DNA of 64,000 nucleotides from Lysobacterales bacterium (lineage in GTDB: Bacteria > Pseudomonadota > Gammaproteobacteria > Xanthomonadales > SZUA-36). The notes beneath the pieces are model-generated. The model did no database searches and was not told the origin of the DNA. It worked only from the letters and a program-made list of their open reading frames with translations. The first letter of the stretch is position 1. Each line of letters starts with the position of its first letter. Both the position numbers and the translations under genes were made by a program. Where the stretch lies: assembly GCA_050118555.1 (NCBI GenBank), contig JASFKQ010000001.1, positions 1,464-65,463 on the forward strand, in the 5' to 3' direction. Positions 29,063-37,555 of the stretch are shown here, piece by piece.

Positions 29063-29171
29063 GCAGGGGGCCAGGGTACCCCCTTGACGGACATTAGCCT
29101 GTCGGGAACAGGCTCATAGCGCACATGGATGTCTCGAGCGTGTCCGGCGAGGAGGTACCCTGCCCCCCTGC
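29063..29171 (-). repeat. Hairpin element X2 (109 nt), inverted homologue of X1
   Basis: 29063-29093 pairs 27/31 with 29141-29171. Exact reverse complement of the X1 core at 29116-29145. Mini-hairpin agcctg-tcgggaa-caggct at 29096-29114, which has the same loop as X1 when read on the minus strand. Confidence 0.8.
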
Positions 29172-29255
29172 GATCGAAGCCCCCTGATGGCAGTCGCGAG
29201 CAGAGAGATTTTGTACCGGATGGGTGCTTCCGAGTGTTCCCGGTTTGCAGGTGTC

Positions 29256-29531
29256 TCAGCGGAAAATAAGCCAGGTAAGGTAGACCAGCAGGAAGAAAAT
29301 TACCGGCAGGATGACCACCATCGACTTGCGCGCACCCGCCATCAGGTTCGCGCTGGTCTCCTGGATCTTCTCGGCGCGGTCGTTGATTTTTTCCGCCCGC
29401 TCGAACTGCGTGCGTGCCAGATCCAGTTGTTCGCGCTGGAGCTTCAGCGCCTGCTGCTGGCCTTCCAGCAGCTTTTCCTGCGCTTCACCGATCCTGCGCA
29501 GCGAGTCGAGAACCTCCTCGTCGTGAGTCAT
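29256..29531 (-). CDS. Small coiled-coil protein with C-terminal TM anchor (91 aa)
   Basis: Heptad-like, Gln/Glu/Lys-rich N-part and a hydrophobic tail MVVILPVIFFLLVYLTWLIF. Starts 15 nt after the gloA stop. Confidence 0.55.
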   Translation of the reverse strand: MTHDEEVLDSLRRIGEAQEKLLEGQQQALKLQREQLDLARTQFERAEKINDRAEKIQETSANLMAGARKSMVVILPVIFFLLVYLTWLIFR

Positions 29532-29546
29532 GGCATTGCGCCCCCG

Positions 29547-29966
29547 TCACCAGCTCCCGGTATTGTCCATTGACGCCCAGGGTTCCTTCGGTGGCAGCGC
29601 CTCACCGCGCTGGAGCAGTTCAATGGATATCCCGTCGGGCGACCGGACGAAAGCCATGTGGCCATCCCGCGGCGGCCGGTTGATGGTGACGCCACCATCC
29701 ATCAGTCGCTGACAGGCTTCGTAGATATCATCCACCGCGTATGCCAGGTGGCCGAAATTGCGACCGCCGTCATAATCCTCAGGGTCCCAGTTGTAGGTCA
29801 GTTCAACCTGGGCATCCTCGTCGCCGGGGGCCGCCAGGAACACCAGCGTGAATCGCCCCTGCGGCACGTCCTTCCGATGAAGCTCCGCGAGCCCCAGCTT
29901 GTTGCAGTAGAAATCCAGGGACTTGTCCAGGTCCGAAACGCGGACCATCGTGTGCAGATATTTCAT
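29547..29966 (-). CDS. gloA: Lactoylglutathione lyase (glyoxalase I)
   Basis: [20 protein letters not shown]..., [18 protein letters not shown] and GISIELLQ match the GloA pattern. Confidence 0.85.
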   Translation of the reverse strand: MKYLHTMVRVSDLDKSLDFYCNKLGLAELHRKDVPQGRFTLVFLAAPGDEDAQVELTYNWDPEDYDGGRNFGHLAYAVDDIYEACQRLMDGGVTINRPPRDGHMAFVRSPDGISIELLQRGEALPPKEPWASMDNTGSW

Positions 29967-30026
29967 GATTCACCTCCGGGGTTTACGATAGGAGGCCGTG
30001 GCCCGCAACGCAATGCATTTCTTACC

Positions 30027-30422
30027 GTGACCGACCCCGTCGACAAGGAATCCCGCAGCCCCCGCACCATCCTCCTTCGGGATGCCGCCGTGTTCCAGTT
30101 GAAGCTGGTGGCCGACGGGCTCCGGGACGCCATCCTGATACCCCTGTCCCTGGTCGCCGCACTGATCGGAGTACTGCGGGGCGGCGAAGACTGCGCCCGC
30201 GAATACCATCGCGTTATCAAGATGGGCCGACGGAGCGAACGCTGGATCAATCTTTTCGGGCAAGAACGCCCACTCGGCCGCAAACATCCCGCGGGCTCCA
30301 TGGACACGATCCTGGAGACGGTCGAGTCCGCCGTCACCGAACAGTACCGGAAGGGCAAGTCCAGGGGCGCCTCCCCCGAACCCGGATCTGGGATGGACAG
30401 GGACGACAGCGGTTCAGCGTAA
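30027..30422 (+). CDS. Hypothetical membrane protein
   Basis: Only the part downstream of gloA can be real. One TM helix (AILIPLSLVAALIGVL). Start uncertain; GTG 30027 is the first plausible start. Confidence 0.4.
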   Translation: MTDPVDKESRSPRTILLRDAAVFQLKLVADGLRDAILIPLSLVAALIGVLRGGEDCAREYHRVIKMGRRSERWINLFGQERPLGRKHPAGSMDTILETVESAVTEQYRKGKSRGASPEPGSGMDRDDSGSA

Positions 30423-30442
30423 CGCAGGGACCCGGCTTCAGG

Positions 30443-30877
30443 TCAATAGGAGCCGGAAATGTAGCTCGACAATTGTTCGACCTCGGCCTCTTTTGCCATC
30501 AACATATGCTTGACGAGATCGCCGAGCGACACGATTCCCACCATGGTGTTGCCCTCCATCACCACGAGGTGGCGGCAGCGGCGTTCGGTCATCGTTTCCA
30601 TCGCCGCACGGCTCGAATCCCCGGGGCTTACGGTGATGAGGGGCGAAGACATCACCTGCTCAACGCTGGTTTCCTTCGACGAATGGCCCTGCAGCGCAAT
30701 TTTCTTCAGATAGTCGCGCTCGGTGAAGATTCCGGCAGGCTGGCCGTCGCGTTCGATCACGATCGCGCCGATGTTGGCGCCCGACATCACCCCGATCGCG
30801 TCGATGACGGGGGTGCCGACGTCGACCGTCACCACCGAGCCGCCTTTTTTCGAAAGAATATCCTGGATCGTGGGCAT
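30443..30877 (-). CDS. CBS-domain pair protein
   Basis: 144 aa, two CBS repeats (GAIVIERDGQPAGIFTERDYL; HLVVMEGNTMVGIVSLGDLV). Confidence 0.8.
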   Translation of the reverse strand: MPTIQDILSKKGGSVVTVDVGTPVIDAIGVMSGANIGAIVIERDGQPAGIFTERDYLKKIALQGHSSKETSVEQVMSSPLITVSPGDSSRAAMETMTERRCRHLVVMEGNTMVGIVSLGDLVKHMLMAKEAEVEQLSSYISGSY

Positions 30878-30944
30878 GTACGGTCTCCTGGCTGCGTAAT
30901 CAGCCTTATTCTAGACCGCCACGGAAAAAAAGTGGAAACCAATC

Positions 30945-31226
30945 CTATTTTTCTTCCCGCCGGGATACCACCGTGTACTCGGCGTCGATGACATCATCCT
31001 CGCCCTGGCGACCGGAGCCCGCCGACCTTCCGCCACGCCGCATCTTTCGGCGCAGCCAGGCCATGCGCAGCCACAAAACCAGCCAGGCGATGATCCCGAC
31101 GCCAACCAGGACGGCCAGCACGAACAGACCAAAGAAAAAAGCGCCGACCAAAGCCAGCACGGCCAGGACGCCGGCCAGTAACCGGACCAAGGGGTTCATC
31201 GGTGGTGGTTCCAGAAGAAAAGGCAT
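30945..31226 (-). CDS. Small membrane protein (93 aa)
   Basis: Two hydrophobic helices followed by a basic/acidic tail. Lies 16 nt downstream of the DASS transporter gene. Confidence 0.45.
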   Translation of the reverse strand: MPFLLEPPPMNPLVRLLAGVLAVLALVGAFFFGLFVLAVLVGVGIIAWLVLWLRMAWLRRKMRRGGRSAGSGRQGEDDVIDAEYTVVSRREEK

Positions 31227-31242
31227 CTCCGGGCAGCTCCGT

Positions 31243-33087
31243 TCAGGCCTCGAATACCAGGTTGACCATGACCAGCATAACGATAATGAAGATCAGGCTC
31301 ATCGGGGTTCCCGCCCGGATGAAGTCCGCCACCCGGTAACCGCCGGGTCCCATGATCAGGGCGTTGACCTGGTGCGTGGGCAGGATGAAGGCGTTGGACG
31401 TTGAAAGCGCCACGATCAGGGCGTACATGGCGGGGTTCGCACCCGTCGCGAACGCGATGCTGACCGCGATCGGAACGAGGATGGTCGTGGCCCCCACGTT
31501 GGACATGACCAGCGTAAACACCGTGGACAGCAGCGCCAGCGCCACCTGGATGGCGATTTCCGGCACGTCCCCAAGGATCATCATCAGTTCCTGCGCGATC
31601 CATGCGGCCGTGCCGGTCCGCTCCATCGCCTGTCCCAGTGGGATCAGGCTCGCCAGCAGGAACACGGTTTTCCAACTCACCGCGCCATAGGCTTCGTCGA
31701 TGCTCAGCACACCGGTCAGCACCATGCCCACGGCGCCCACCAACAGGGCGATGGACAGGCGGAAGTCGGTAAACACGATCATGCTGATGGAAATTGCAAA
31801 GAAGATCAGCGCATGCCCCACTTTCTGCGGTCTTTGCTCTTCCTTGGGAACGTCGGTCGCTACGATGAAATCGCGCTCCCGAGCCACGGCCGACAGGTCG
31901 CGCCACGTACTGTGGGAAACCAGGCAGTCCCCGGTCTCCAGCACGATGTCACGAATACCTTCCTTCAGCGCCTCGCCTTGCCTGTTGATGGCCAGCACGC
32001 TGATACCGTAGCGGGTCCGCAACCGGACCTCGCCCACGGTCTGCCCAACCAGCCGGGACCCCGGGGGAATAACCACTTCCGAGATTCCCGCGCGGCTGGG
32101 ATTGAACAGCGGGCCGAAAGTGCGCAGGCGCGGCTGCACGCGACACTGGTTGGCCAGCGCGAAACGTCCGACCCGATTGCGCGTGCCCATCACACCGAGG
32201 ATGGTGCCCACCCAGATCATTTCGTCGGAGGGAGGCGCCAGCCGTGGCTCATCGGTGTTGCGGATCGCCAGAAGCAATGGCGCGCCGGGCAGCTGTTCCG
32301 CCTCACTGATGTTCATGCCGACCAGCGGGCTGTCCACGGTGACCAGCAGTTCGTAGACATCACCCTTGATGCCATACACGTCCGCGAAGTAACTCTTGGT
32401 GCGCGCCGGCGCCCCGGTGGATTTTTCCTTCGGCGCGGGCAACACGAAGCGCGAAGCGACCAGGAAGTAGATGATGCCGGATGCAAGCAGGGCCAGGCCG
32501 ACCAACGTGACGTCGAACAGGTGAAAGGTCTCCAGCACTGGCACACCCGGAGGCAGCGATTGGTTTGCGCTATCGATCAGATCGTTGAGGAGGATCAGGG
32601 GAGAGGAGCCGACCAAGGTGATGGTGCCGCCCAGAATTGCGCAGAACCCCATCGGCATGAGCAGCCGGGACAGGGGAATCTGCGTGCGTACCGAGACCCG
32701 GGACATCACCGGCATGAACAGCGCCGTGGCTCCGACGTTCTGCATCATGCTCGAGATGACCCCGACGGTGACTGAGACCAGTGGCATGATCCGGGCCACG
32801 CTGTTGCCGCCGATCTTCAGAATCCACGCAGACACGACGGTCATCACACCCGTTCGGTCCAGGCCGGCGCCGAGGATCATGACCGCGATGATCGAGATCA
32901 CTGCGTTGGACGCGAAGCCATTGAAGAGTTCACTGGCGGGAACCAGGCCGAGCACACCGATCACCACCATCACGAGCAGGGCGGCGACGTCGACCCGGAC
33001 CAGTTCGGAGACGAACAGGCCGATGGTGGCGCTGAGCACGACCAGCACCAGCATCATGTCACCTGTCAGAGTCAGTCCGGCTTCCAT
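31243..33087 (-). CDS. DASS/SLC13-type anion transporter with two central TrkA-C (RCK_C) domains
   Basis: 614 aa. Multi-TM halves flank a soluble region with two RCK_C-like repeats (YELLVTVDSPLVGMNISE...; SEVVIPPGSRLVGQTVGE...). Confidence 0.8.
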   Translation of the reverse strand: MEAGLTLTGDMMLVLVVLSATIGLFVSELVRVDVAALLVMVVIGVLGLVPASELFNGFASNAVISIIAVMILGAGLDRTGVMTVVSAWILKIGGNSVARIMPLVSVTVGVISSMMQNVGATALFMPVMSRVSVRTQIPLSRLLMPMGFCAILGGTITLVGSSPLILLNDLIDSANQSLPPGVPVLETFHLFDVTLVGLALLASGIIYFLVASRFVLPAPKEKSTGAPARTKSYFADVYGIKGDVYELLVTVDSPLVGMNISEAEQLPGAPLLLAIRNTDEPRLAPPSDEMIWVGTILGVMGTRNRVGRFALANQCRVQPRLRTFGPLFNPSRAGISEVVIPPGSRLVGQTVGEVRLRTRYGISVLAINRQGEALKEGIRDIVLETGDCLVSHSTWRDLSAVARERDFIVATDVPKEEQRPQKVGHALIFFAISISMIVFTDFRLSIALLVGAVGMVLTGVLSIDEAYGAVSWKTVFLLASLIPLGQAMERTGTAAWIAQELMMILGDVPEIAIQVALALLSTVFTLVMSNVGATTILVPIAVSIAFATGANPAMYALIVALSTSNAFILPTHQVNALIMGPGGYRVADFIRAGTPMSLIFIIVMLVMVNLVFEA

Positions 33088-33101
33088 CGTCCGTCCGGCG
33101 C

Positions 33102-33827
33102 TCAGAGCGGCCTGCGCCGAAACAGCAGGTCGCTGACTTCGTGGCCCAGGCGCTCACCGCGGCGTTCGTACTTGGTCCGGGGGCGCCACTCGGGGCGTTC
33201 GCAATACGTTCCGTCCGGCGACAGGTTCTCGAATTCCGCGGAGCCGTTCATCACCTCCAGGGCGTACTCGGCATACGGGTGCCAGTCGGTCGCCATGTGC
33301 ACTATGGCCCCGGCCCGCAGTTTGCGCGCCAACAGCCGCATGAACGCCGGCTGGATGATCCTGCGCTTGTGATGCCGCTTCTTGGGCCAGGGATCGGGGA
33401 AGAACAGCCGGACGCCGGCCAGCGAATGGTCCGGGATGCGCTGCTCGAGAAACTCCACCGCGTCATGGCATACGACGCGCACATTGCGGATCGATTCCCG
33501 CGCCAGCGCGAGCAGCAGGTGGCCGACGCCTGGCGGGTGTACTTCCACGCCCAGGAAATTCTGTTCCGGGTGTTCCCGGGCCGTGCGCCAGGTCGCTTCG
33601 CCATTGCCAAAGCCGATTTCCAGGATCACCGGGTGTGCGTCGCCGAACAGCGCCGTCAGGTCCAGGACCCCACCGGCGCCTTCGACGCCCCACACCGGCC
33701 AGAGTTCTTCCAGCGCCCGCTTTTGGCCATCGGTCAGCCTTCCGGCCCGCAACACGTAGCTCCGAACCGGGCGCCGGGCGCCCCGCTGGGGGGAGTCGTT
33801 GGACGGATGCTGGGCGGGTTCCTTCAT
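33102..33827 (-). CDS. trmB: tRNA (guanine46-N7)-methyltransferase
   Basis: 241 aa from ATG 33827. ILEIGFGNGE SAM motif and FFPDPWPKKRHHKRR. The rest of the 633-aa ORF is a GC artefact. Confidence 0.88.
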   Translation of the reverse strand: MKEPAQHPSNDSPQRGARRPVRSYVLRAGRLTDGQKRALEELWPVWGVEGAGGVLDLTALFGDAHPVILEIGFGNGEATWRTAREHPEQNFLGVEVHPPGVGHLLLALARESIRNVRVVCHDAVEFLEQRIPDHSLAGVRLFFPDPWPKKRHHKRRIIQPAFMRLLARKLRAGAIVHMATDWHPYAEYALEVMNGSAEFENLSPDGTYCERPEWRPRTKYERRGERLGHEVSDLLFRRRPL

Positions 33828-33890
33828 TCTGCGAACATTGTACCAATGTGGCACTTGAAAAATGTGCCGAGAGCGCCCAATCTGAACGCC

Positions 33891-34472
33891 ATGACGGACG
33901 CAAGCGATCGGACAAACCCCGGTTTCCTCGACCGGCAGATGCTCATTGCGATGCCGGGCATGGTGGACGAAAACTTCGCGGGCAGCGTGACCCTCCTCTG
34001 CCAGCACAACGATGCCGGTGCCATAGGAATCACCATTAACCGCCTCTCCGACTATACGCTCGGGGAGATTTTCTCCCAGCTCAACCTGGAGTGTGGCGAC
34101 GAGCAGATTCGCCAACGCCCGGTGCTGGAAGGCGGCCCGGTGGCTCCGGACCGTGGCTTTGTGCTGCACAGTCCGCACGAGGGCTACGAATCGAGCCTCG
34201 AAATCGGAGACGACATCATGGTTACCACCTCGCGCGACGTGCTCGCAGACATCGCCGCGGGTAGCGGGCCGAACAAGTTTCTGGTTGCCCTGGGCTACGC
34301 GGGTTGGGGCGGCGGCCAATTGGAAGGCGAGATGCTCGCGAACGCCTGGCTTTCCGTGGCTGCAGATACCGACATCGTCTTCGACCTGCCGGTGCCCAAC
34401 CGCTTTGATGAAGCGCTTGGCCGGCTTGGCATCAAAGTGGACCGGCTGCATTCGGAAGCCGGGCACGCCTGA
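33891..34472 (+). CDS. algH: YqgE/AlgH-family protein
   Basis: 193 aa from ATG 33891. LLCQHNDAGAIGITINR, GGPV and GYAGWGGGQLEGE. Confidence 0.85.
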   Translation: MTDASDRTNPGFLDRQMLIAMPGMVDENFAGSVTLLCQHNDAGAIGITINRLSDYTLGEIFSQLNLECGDEQIRQRPVLEGGPVAPDRGFVLHSPHEGYESSLEIGDDIMVTTSRDVLADIAAGSGPNKFLVALGYAGWGGGQLEGEMLANAWLSVAADTDIVFDLPVPNRFDEALGRLGIKVDRLHSEAGHA

Positions 34473-34487
34473 GGCCGGTTGGCGGCC

Positions 34488-34931
34488 ATGGCCGGCACCC
34501 GGGCCGCCGATGGCTGCATTCTCGGTTTTGACTTCGGTGTACGCCGTATCGGCGTGGCCGTGGGCCAGCGAACGACCCGCACCGCAAGCAGCCTCGAAAC
34601 CGTTTCCAACGGCCGCGACCCGGATTGGGACGCGCTGGACCGGCTCGTGCGGGACTGGAGACCGCGGCAGCTGCTGGTCGGCCTGCCCGTGAACGCAGAA
34701 GGAGAGGAAACCGACATGTCCCGGGCCGCCCGCCGTTTTGGCGAATCGCTCCGTGAGCGATACGGGCTGGACGTGTCCTATGCCGATGAACGGTTGAGTT
34801 CCCGCGCCGCGGAAGGGCGCTTTGCCGAACTGCGGGCATCCGGCACCCTGCGAAGGAAGCACGCGCGTCGACTGGACGCCATGGCTGCACAGATCATCCT
34901 GGAGAGCTGGTTGGAATCCCACAGTGTCTGA
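34488..34931 (+). CDS. ruvX: Holliday-junction resolvase-like nuclease RuvX (YqgF)
   Basis: ILGFDFGVRRIGVAVG N-terminal motif. Conserved position after algH. Confidence 0.88.
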   Translation: MAGTRAADGCILGFDFGVRRIGVAVGQRTTRTASSLETVSNGRDPDWDALDRLVRDWRPRQLLVGLPVNAEGEETDMSRAARRFGESLRERYGLDVSYADERLSSRAAEGRFAELRASGTLRRKHARRLDAMAAQIILESWLESHSV

Positions 34932-35423
34932 CCCCTTATTCACTGCACGGACGTCAGCGACTGCAATCGCCCGCAACTGGCCCAACTGCTCCAACTGGCG
35001 CACAGCATTTCACAGGACATCCGGGCGTTCGAGAACACGCGCACCGGGCGCATGCTGGTCAACCTGGTCTACGAGGCGAGCACCCGCACCCGCGCCTCCT
35101 TCGAAGCGGCTGCCAGGCGGTTGGGCATGCTGGGTATCGGGGAAATTTGCCTGGCCGGCCCGGCGGAGTTCATGCCCGGCGATGGCGCGACAGGCGGAAC
35201 GCGGGTGTACGACAACCTGGACGAGGCGGTCCGTGGCGCCAATGCGATCATGATGCTGCGTATCCAGAAAGAGCGGATTTCCGGCCTTCACATTCCGAGT
35301 GCCGACGAGTATCACCGGGACCGGGGTCTTAACGCCGAGCGGCTGGCGCTGGCGGCGCCGGGCTGCTACGTGCTGCGCGCCCGCATGGCGCTGATGCTGA
35401 CCCTGACGCGGGCCCAAGTCTGA
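34932..35423 (+). pseudogene. pyrB: Remnant of aspartate carbamoyltransferase gene (pyrB): no start codon, ~170-codon internal deletion, 3' truncation
   Basis: One frame reads ...HCTDVSDCNRPQLAQLLQLAHSI...GRMLVNLVYEASTRTRASFEAAARRLG (PyrB N-domain with the STRTR motif). It then jumps directly to ...LDEAVRGANAIMMLRIQKERISGLHIPSADEYHRDRGLNAERLALAAPGCYVL (PyrB C-domain) and ends before the HPGP motif. Only 164 codons, against about 310-335 for intact PyrB. Confidence 0.65.
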
Positions 35424-35441
35424 TATCACGGCCCGTAACCC

Positions 35442-35954
35442 ATGACGAGAATCCAAGGGTTTCCCCCGATCGAAGATGCTGGGGCGCGAACACTGATCCT
35501 GGGCAGCATGCCCAGCAGGGAGTCGCTGGCCAGGCACCGTTATTACGCGCATCCGCGCAACGCTTTCTGGCCCATACTGAGCTCACTGCTGCAGCTGCCG
35601 GAGGCAGGTTACGAGCAACAGGCCGAGCAGGTGGCACGCCGGGGAATCGCGATCTGGGACGTACTGAAAACCTGCGTTCGGAGCACCAGCCTCGACAGCG
35701 ACATCGAGGAAGGCTCCGTGGAAGTCAACGACTTTCCGGGCTTCTACGCGTCGCACCCGGGCATCGAACGCATTTTCTTCAACGGCGCGAAAGCGGAATC
35801 ACTCTACCTCCGACACGTGCTGCCGGCGCTGGAATCGCACCAGGCGCGCCTGCCCCACTGCAGGCTGCCGTCAACCAGCCCGGCGAACGCGGCCATGTCC
35901 ATGCAGCAGAAACGGGAAGCGTGGCGGGTTATTCTTGGAGAAGAACGGCAATGA
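35442..35954 (+). CDS. DNA-deoxyinosine (hypoxanthine) glycosylase, UDG family 6-like
   Basis: 170 aa. LILGSMPS, YAHPRNAFW and LPSTSPAN blocks, as in HDG-type uracil-DNA-glycosylase superfamily proteins. Confidence 0.7.
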   Translation: MTRIQGFPPIEDAGARTLILGSMPSRESLARHRYYAHPRNAFWPILSSLLQLPEAGYEQQAEQVARRGIAIWDVLKTCVRSTSLDSDIEEGSVEVNDFPGFYASHPGIERIFFNGAKAESLYLRHVLPALESHQARLPHCRLPSTSPANAAMSMQQKREAWRVILGEERQ

Positions 35955-35982
35955 TTCACTGGTGTACTGATCGGGAGGCCAA

Positions 35983-36402
35983 ATGATCCGACCCCGGATG
36001 ATCGACCATATCGTGCTGCGGACGGAAAACATCGCGGCAATGATCCGCTTTTACACGAAGGTGCTCGGCTGTACGGTCGAGCGCGAGACGCGGCCGGAAA
36101 CCGGCCTCACCCAGTTGCGCGCCGGCGATTCGCTCATCGACCTCGTCACTACGGACAGCGAGCTCGGCCGCGCCGGCGGGGGTCCGCCTTCGGCAACCGG
36201 GAACAACCTGGACCACTTCTGCCTGCAGATCGAGAAAGTCGATGAAAACGAACTCCGCCGCTGGCTGAACCGGCACGGGATCGACGCGGACGGTTTCGAA
36301 ACCCGTTACGGGGCGCAGGGCTTCGGCCACTCGCTCTACATCCAGGACCCCGACGGCAACACCGTCGAACTGCGCCCCGAAACTGTGCTTCCCGACCCCT
36401 GA
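35983..36402 (+). CDS. VOC (glyoxalase-fold) family protein
   Basis: IDHIVLRTENIAAMIRFY and LDHFCLQI...GHSLYIQDPDGNTVEL. Confidence 0.75.
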   Translation: MIRPRMIDHIVLRTENIAAMIRFYTKVLGCTVERETRPETGLTQLRAGDSLIDLVTTDSELGRAGGGPPSATGNNLDHFCLQIEKVDENELRRWLNRHGIDADGFETRYGAQGFGHSLYIQDPDGNTVELRPETVLPDP

Positions 36403-36678
36403 ACAATCTGCCCCAACACAATTTACCGCCTGAACTTTCCGCGGAACACGCAGAAGGCGCTGAATAGTATTGATGGATCGGGCTCCGGTTCAACTCATTG
36501 GACGACCTGCCGATGCGAGGACTCTTCCGGGCCCGCCGCAATGAAGTGCGAATCGCCAAGAATATTGAATCGAACGGTCCAGGTTACGGATTCCACGGAA
36601 CCGTTCATGTGACTTTCCGCGTACTCAGCGTGCTCGGCGGAAATCTTTTCGGACCACTATATGCGAACGGAGCGCCCC

Positions 36679-37551
36679 CTACTCGACGCCGAAGGCGGAC
36701 TCGAAGCGCCAGGTCCGGGTGATGTGGAGCACGTCCACACGGTCGGCGATGTTCTCGGGCAGCGGCGCGTAGGGCGCGGCCAGCCGCACGATCTCGATCG
36801 CGGCCCGATCGATCTCGGGCACACCGGAACTGCGCATCAGGTCGATGCTTTCCACCGAACCGTTCCGCGCAATGCCCACCGTGAGCACCAGGTCGCCATG
36901 AAGCTTCTTGCTCCGCAGGTCAGTCGGATAATTCATGTTGCCAACGCGCTCCACCTTGGAGACCCATGCGCTCATGTAACTGGCGAATTCGTACTTACGG
37001 GTATTGGCTGAGATGAACTCCCGCCGCGGGATTTTCGATTTCCAGCGTCTTGACGGACTGACTTCCGGTTGCAGAGCAGCCATGTTCATGCTCTGCTGCA
37101 TCAGGCTGGTCGCGTCCGGGCGCGGCGCCTCCGGTTCCTCGACTGCCGTCTTCGAAGGCGCGAAATCGTCCTCGACATCCACAGTGACCACCTTGCGCTG
37201 CTCGGCCGTTTGCGGCGGGGTCTGTGCCTGGCTTTCAACCGGGTCCTGCCCCCTGGCCGGCGTGGGCAGCGTGCCGCTCACGGGTTCCGCGGGCCGCGAC
37301 TTCTCGACTGTGTCGCCGCCCCCTTTCTGGTCGGCCTGCGCCAGGTAGTCCGGGTGCTCCGGCTCTTCGTCGGAACGCCACTGCACCAGCACGACGTCCA
37401 GCGTGTCCGCCAGGCGGGGAATAGGTTTGAGCTTGACGCCGAAGGTGATGCCGAACAGGACGGCGGCGTGTATGGAGAGCGCCAGCGCCAGGCAGACCAT
37501 GAACGGGTCCCTGGCCCAGCGCCGCTCGGTGTCGTTCGCTCGCGAAACCAC
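36679..37551 (-). CDS. TonB-family energy-transducer protein
   Basis: N-terminal TM anchor, Pro/Glu-rich spacer, and a C-terminal TonB_C domain (YPTDLRSKKLHGDLVLTVGIARNGSVESIDLMRSSGVPEIDRAAIEIV). GTG start 4 nt after the gshB stop. Same position as tonB3 next to gshB in Pseudomonas. Confidence 0.8.
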   Translation of the reverse strand: MVSRANDTERRWARDPFMVCLALALSIHAAVLFGITFGVKLKPIPRLADTLDVVLVQWRSDEEPEHPDYLAQADQKGGGDTVEKSRPAEPVSGTLPTPARGQDPVESQAQTPPQTAEQRKVVTVDVEDDFAPSKTAVEEPEAPRPDATSLMQQSMNMAALQPEVSPSRRWKSKIPRREFISANTRKYEFASYMSAWVSKVERVGNMNYPTDLRSKKLHGDLVLTVGIARNGSVESIDLMRSSGVPEIDRAAIEIVRLAAPYAPLPENIADRVDVLHITRTWRFESAFGVE

Positions 37552-37555
37552 GAAC

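Noticed and set aside
28836-29255. Possible CRISPR array, given the many repeats here and at 47.96-48.43 kb
   Set aside because: The repeats are inverted or dispersed rather than regularly spaced direct repeats with unique spacers, and there are no cas genes in the window.
33828-35003. Upstream 390 codons of the 633-aa minus ORF that contains trmB
   Set aside because: It overlaps algH and ruvX (well supported on the + strand). TrmB homology starts at ATG 33827.
35442-36402. The deoxyinosine glycosylase plus VOC gene pair as a mobile cargo insertion
   Set aside because: No flanking repeats, integrase or tRNA are present, and composition is similar to the surroundings. I treat it only as part of the pyrB rearrangement context.
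36495-36608. 37-codon minus-strand ORF (MNGSVESVTWTVRFNILGDSHF...) in the 276-bp AT-richer gap downstream of tonB
   Set aside because: It has only a weak SD (GGAAAG) and no recognisable motif. It cannot be supported without conservation or expression data.
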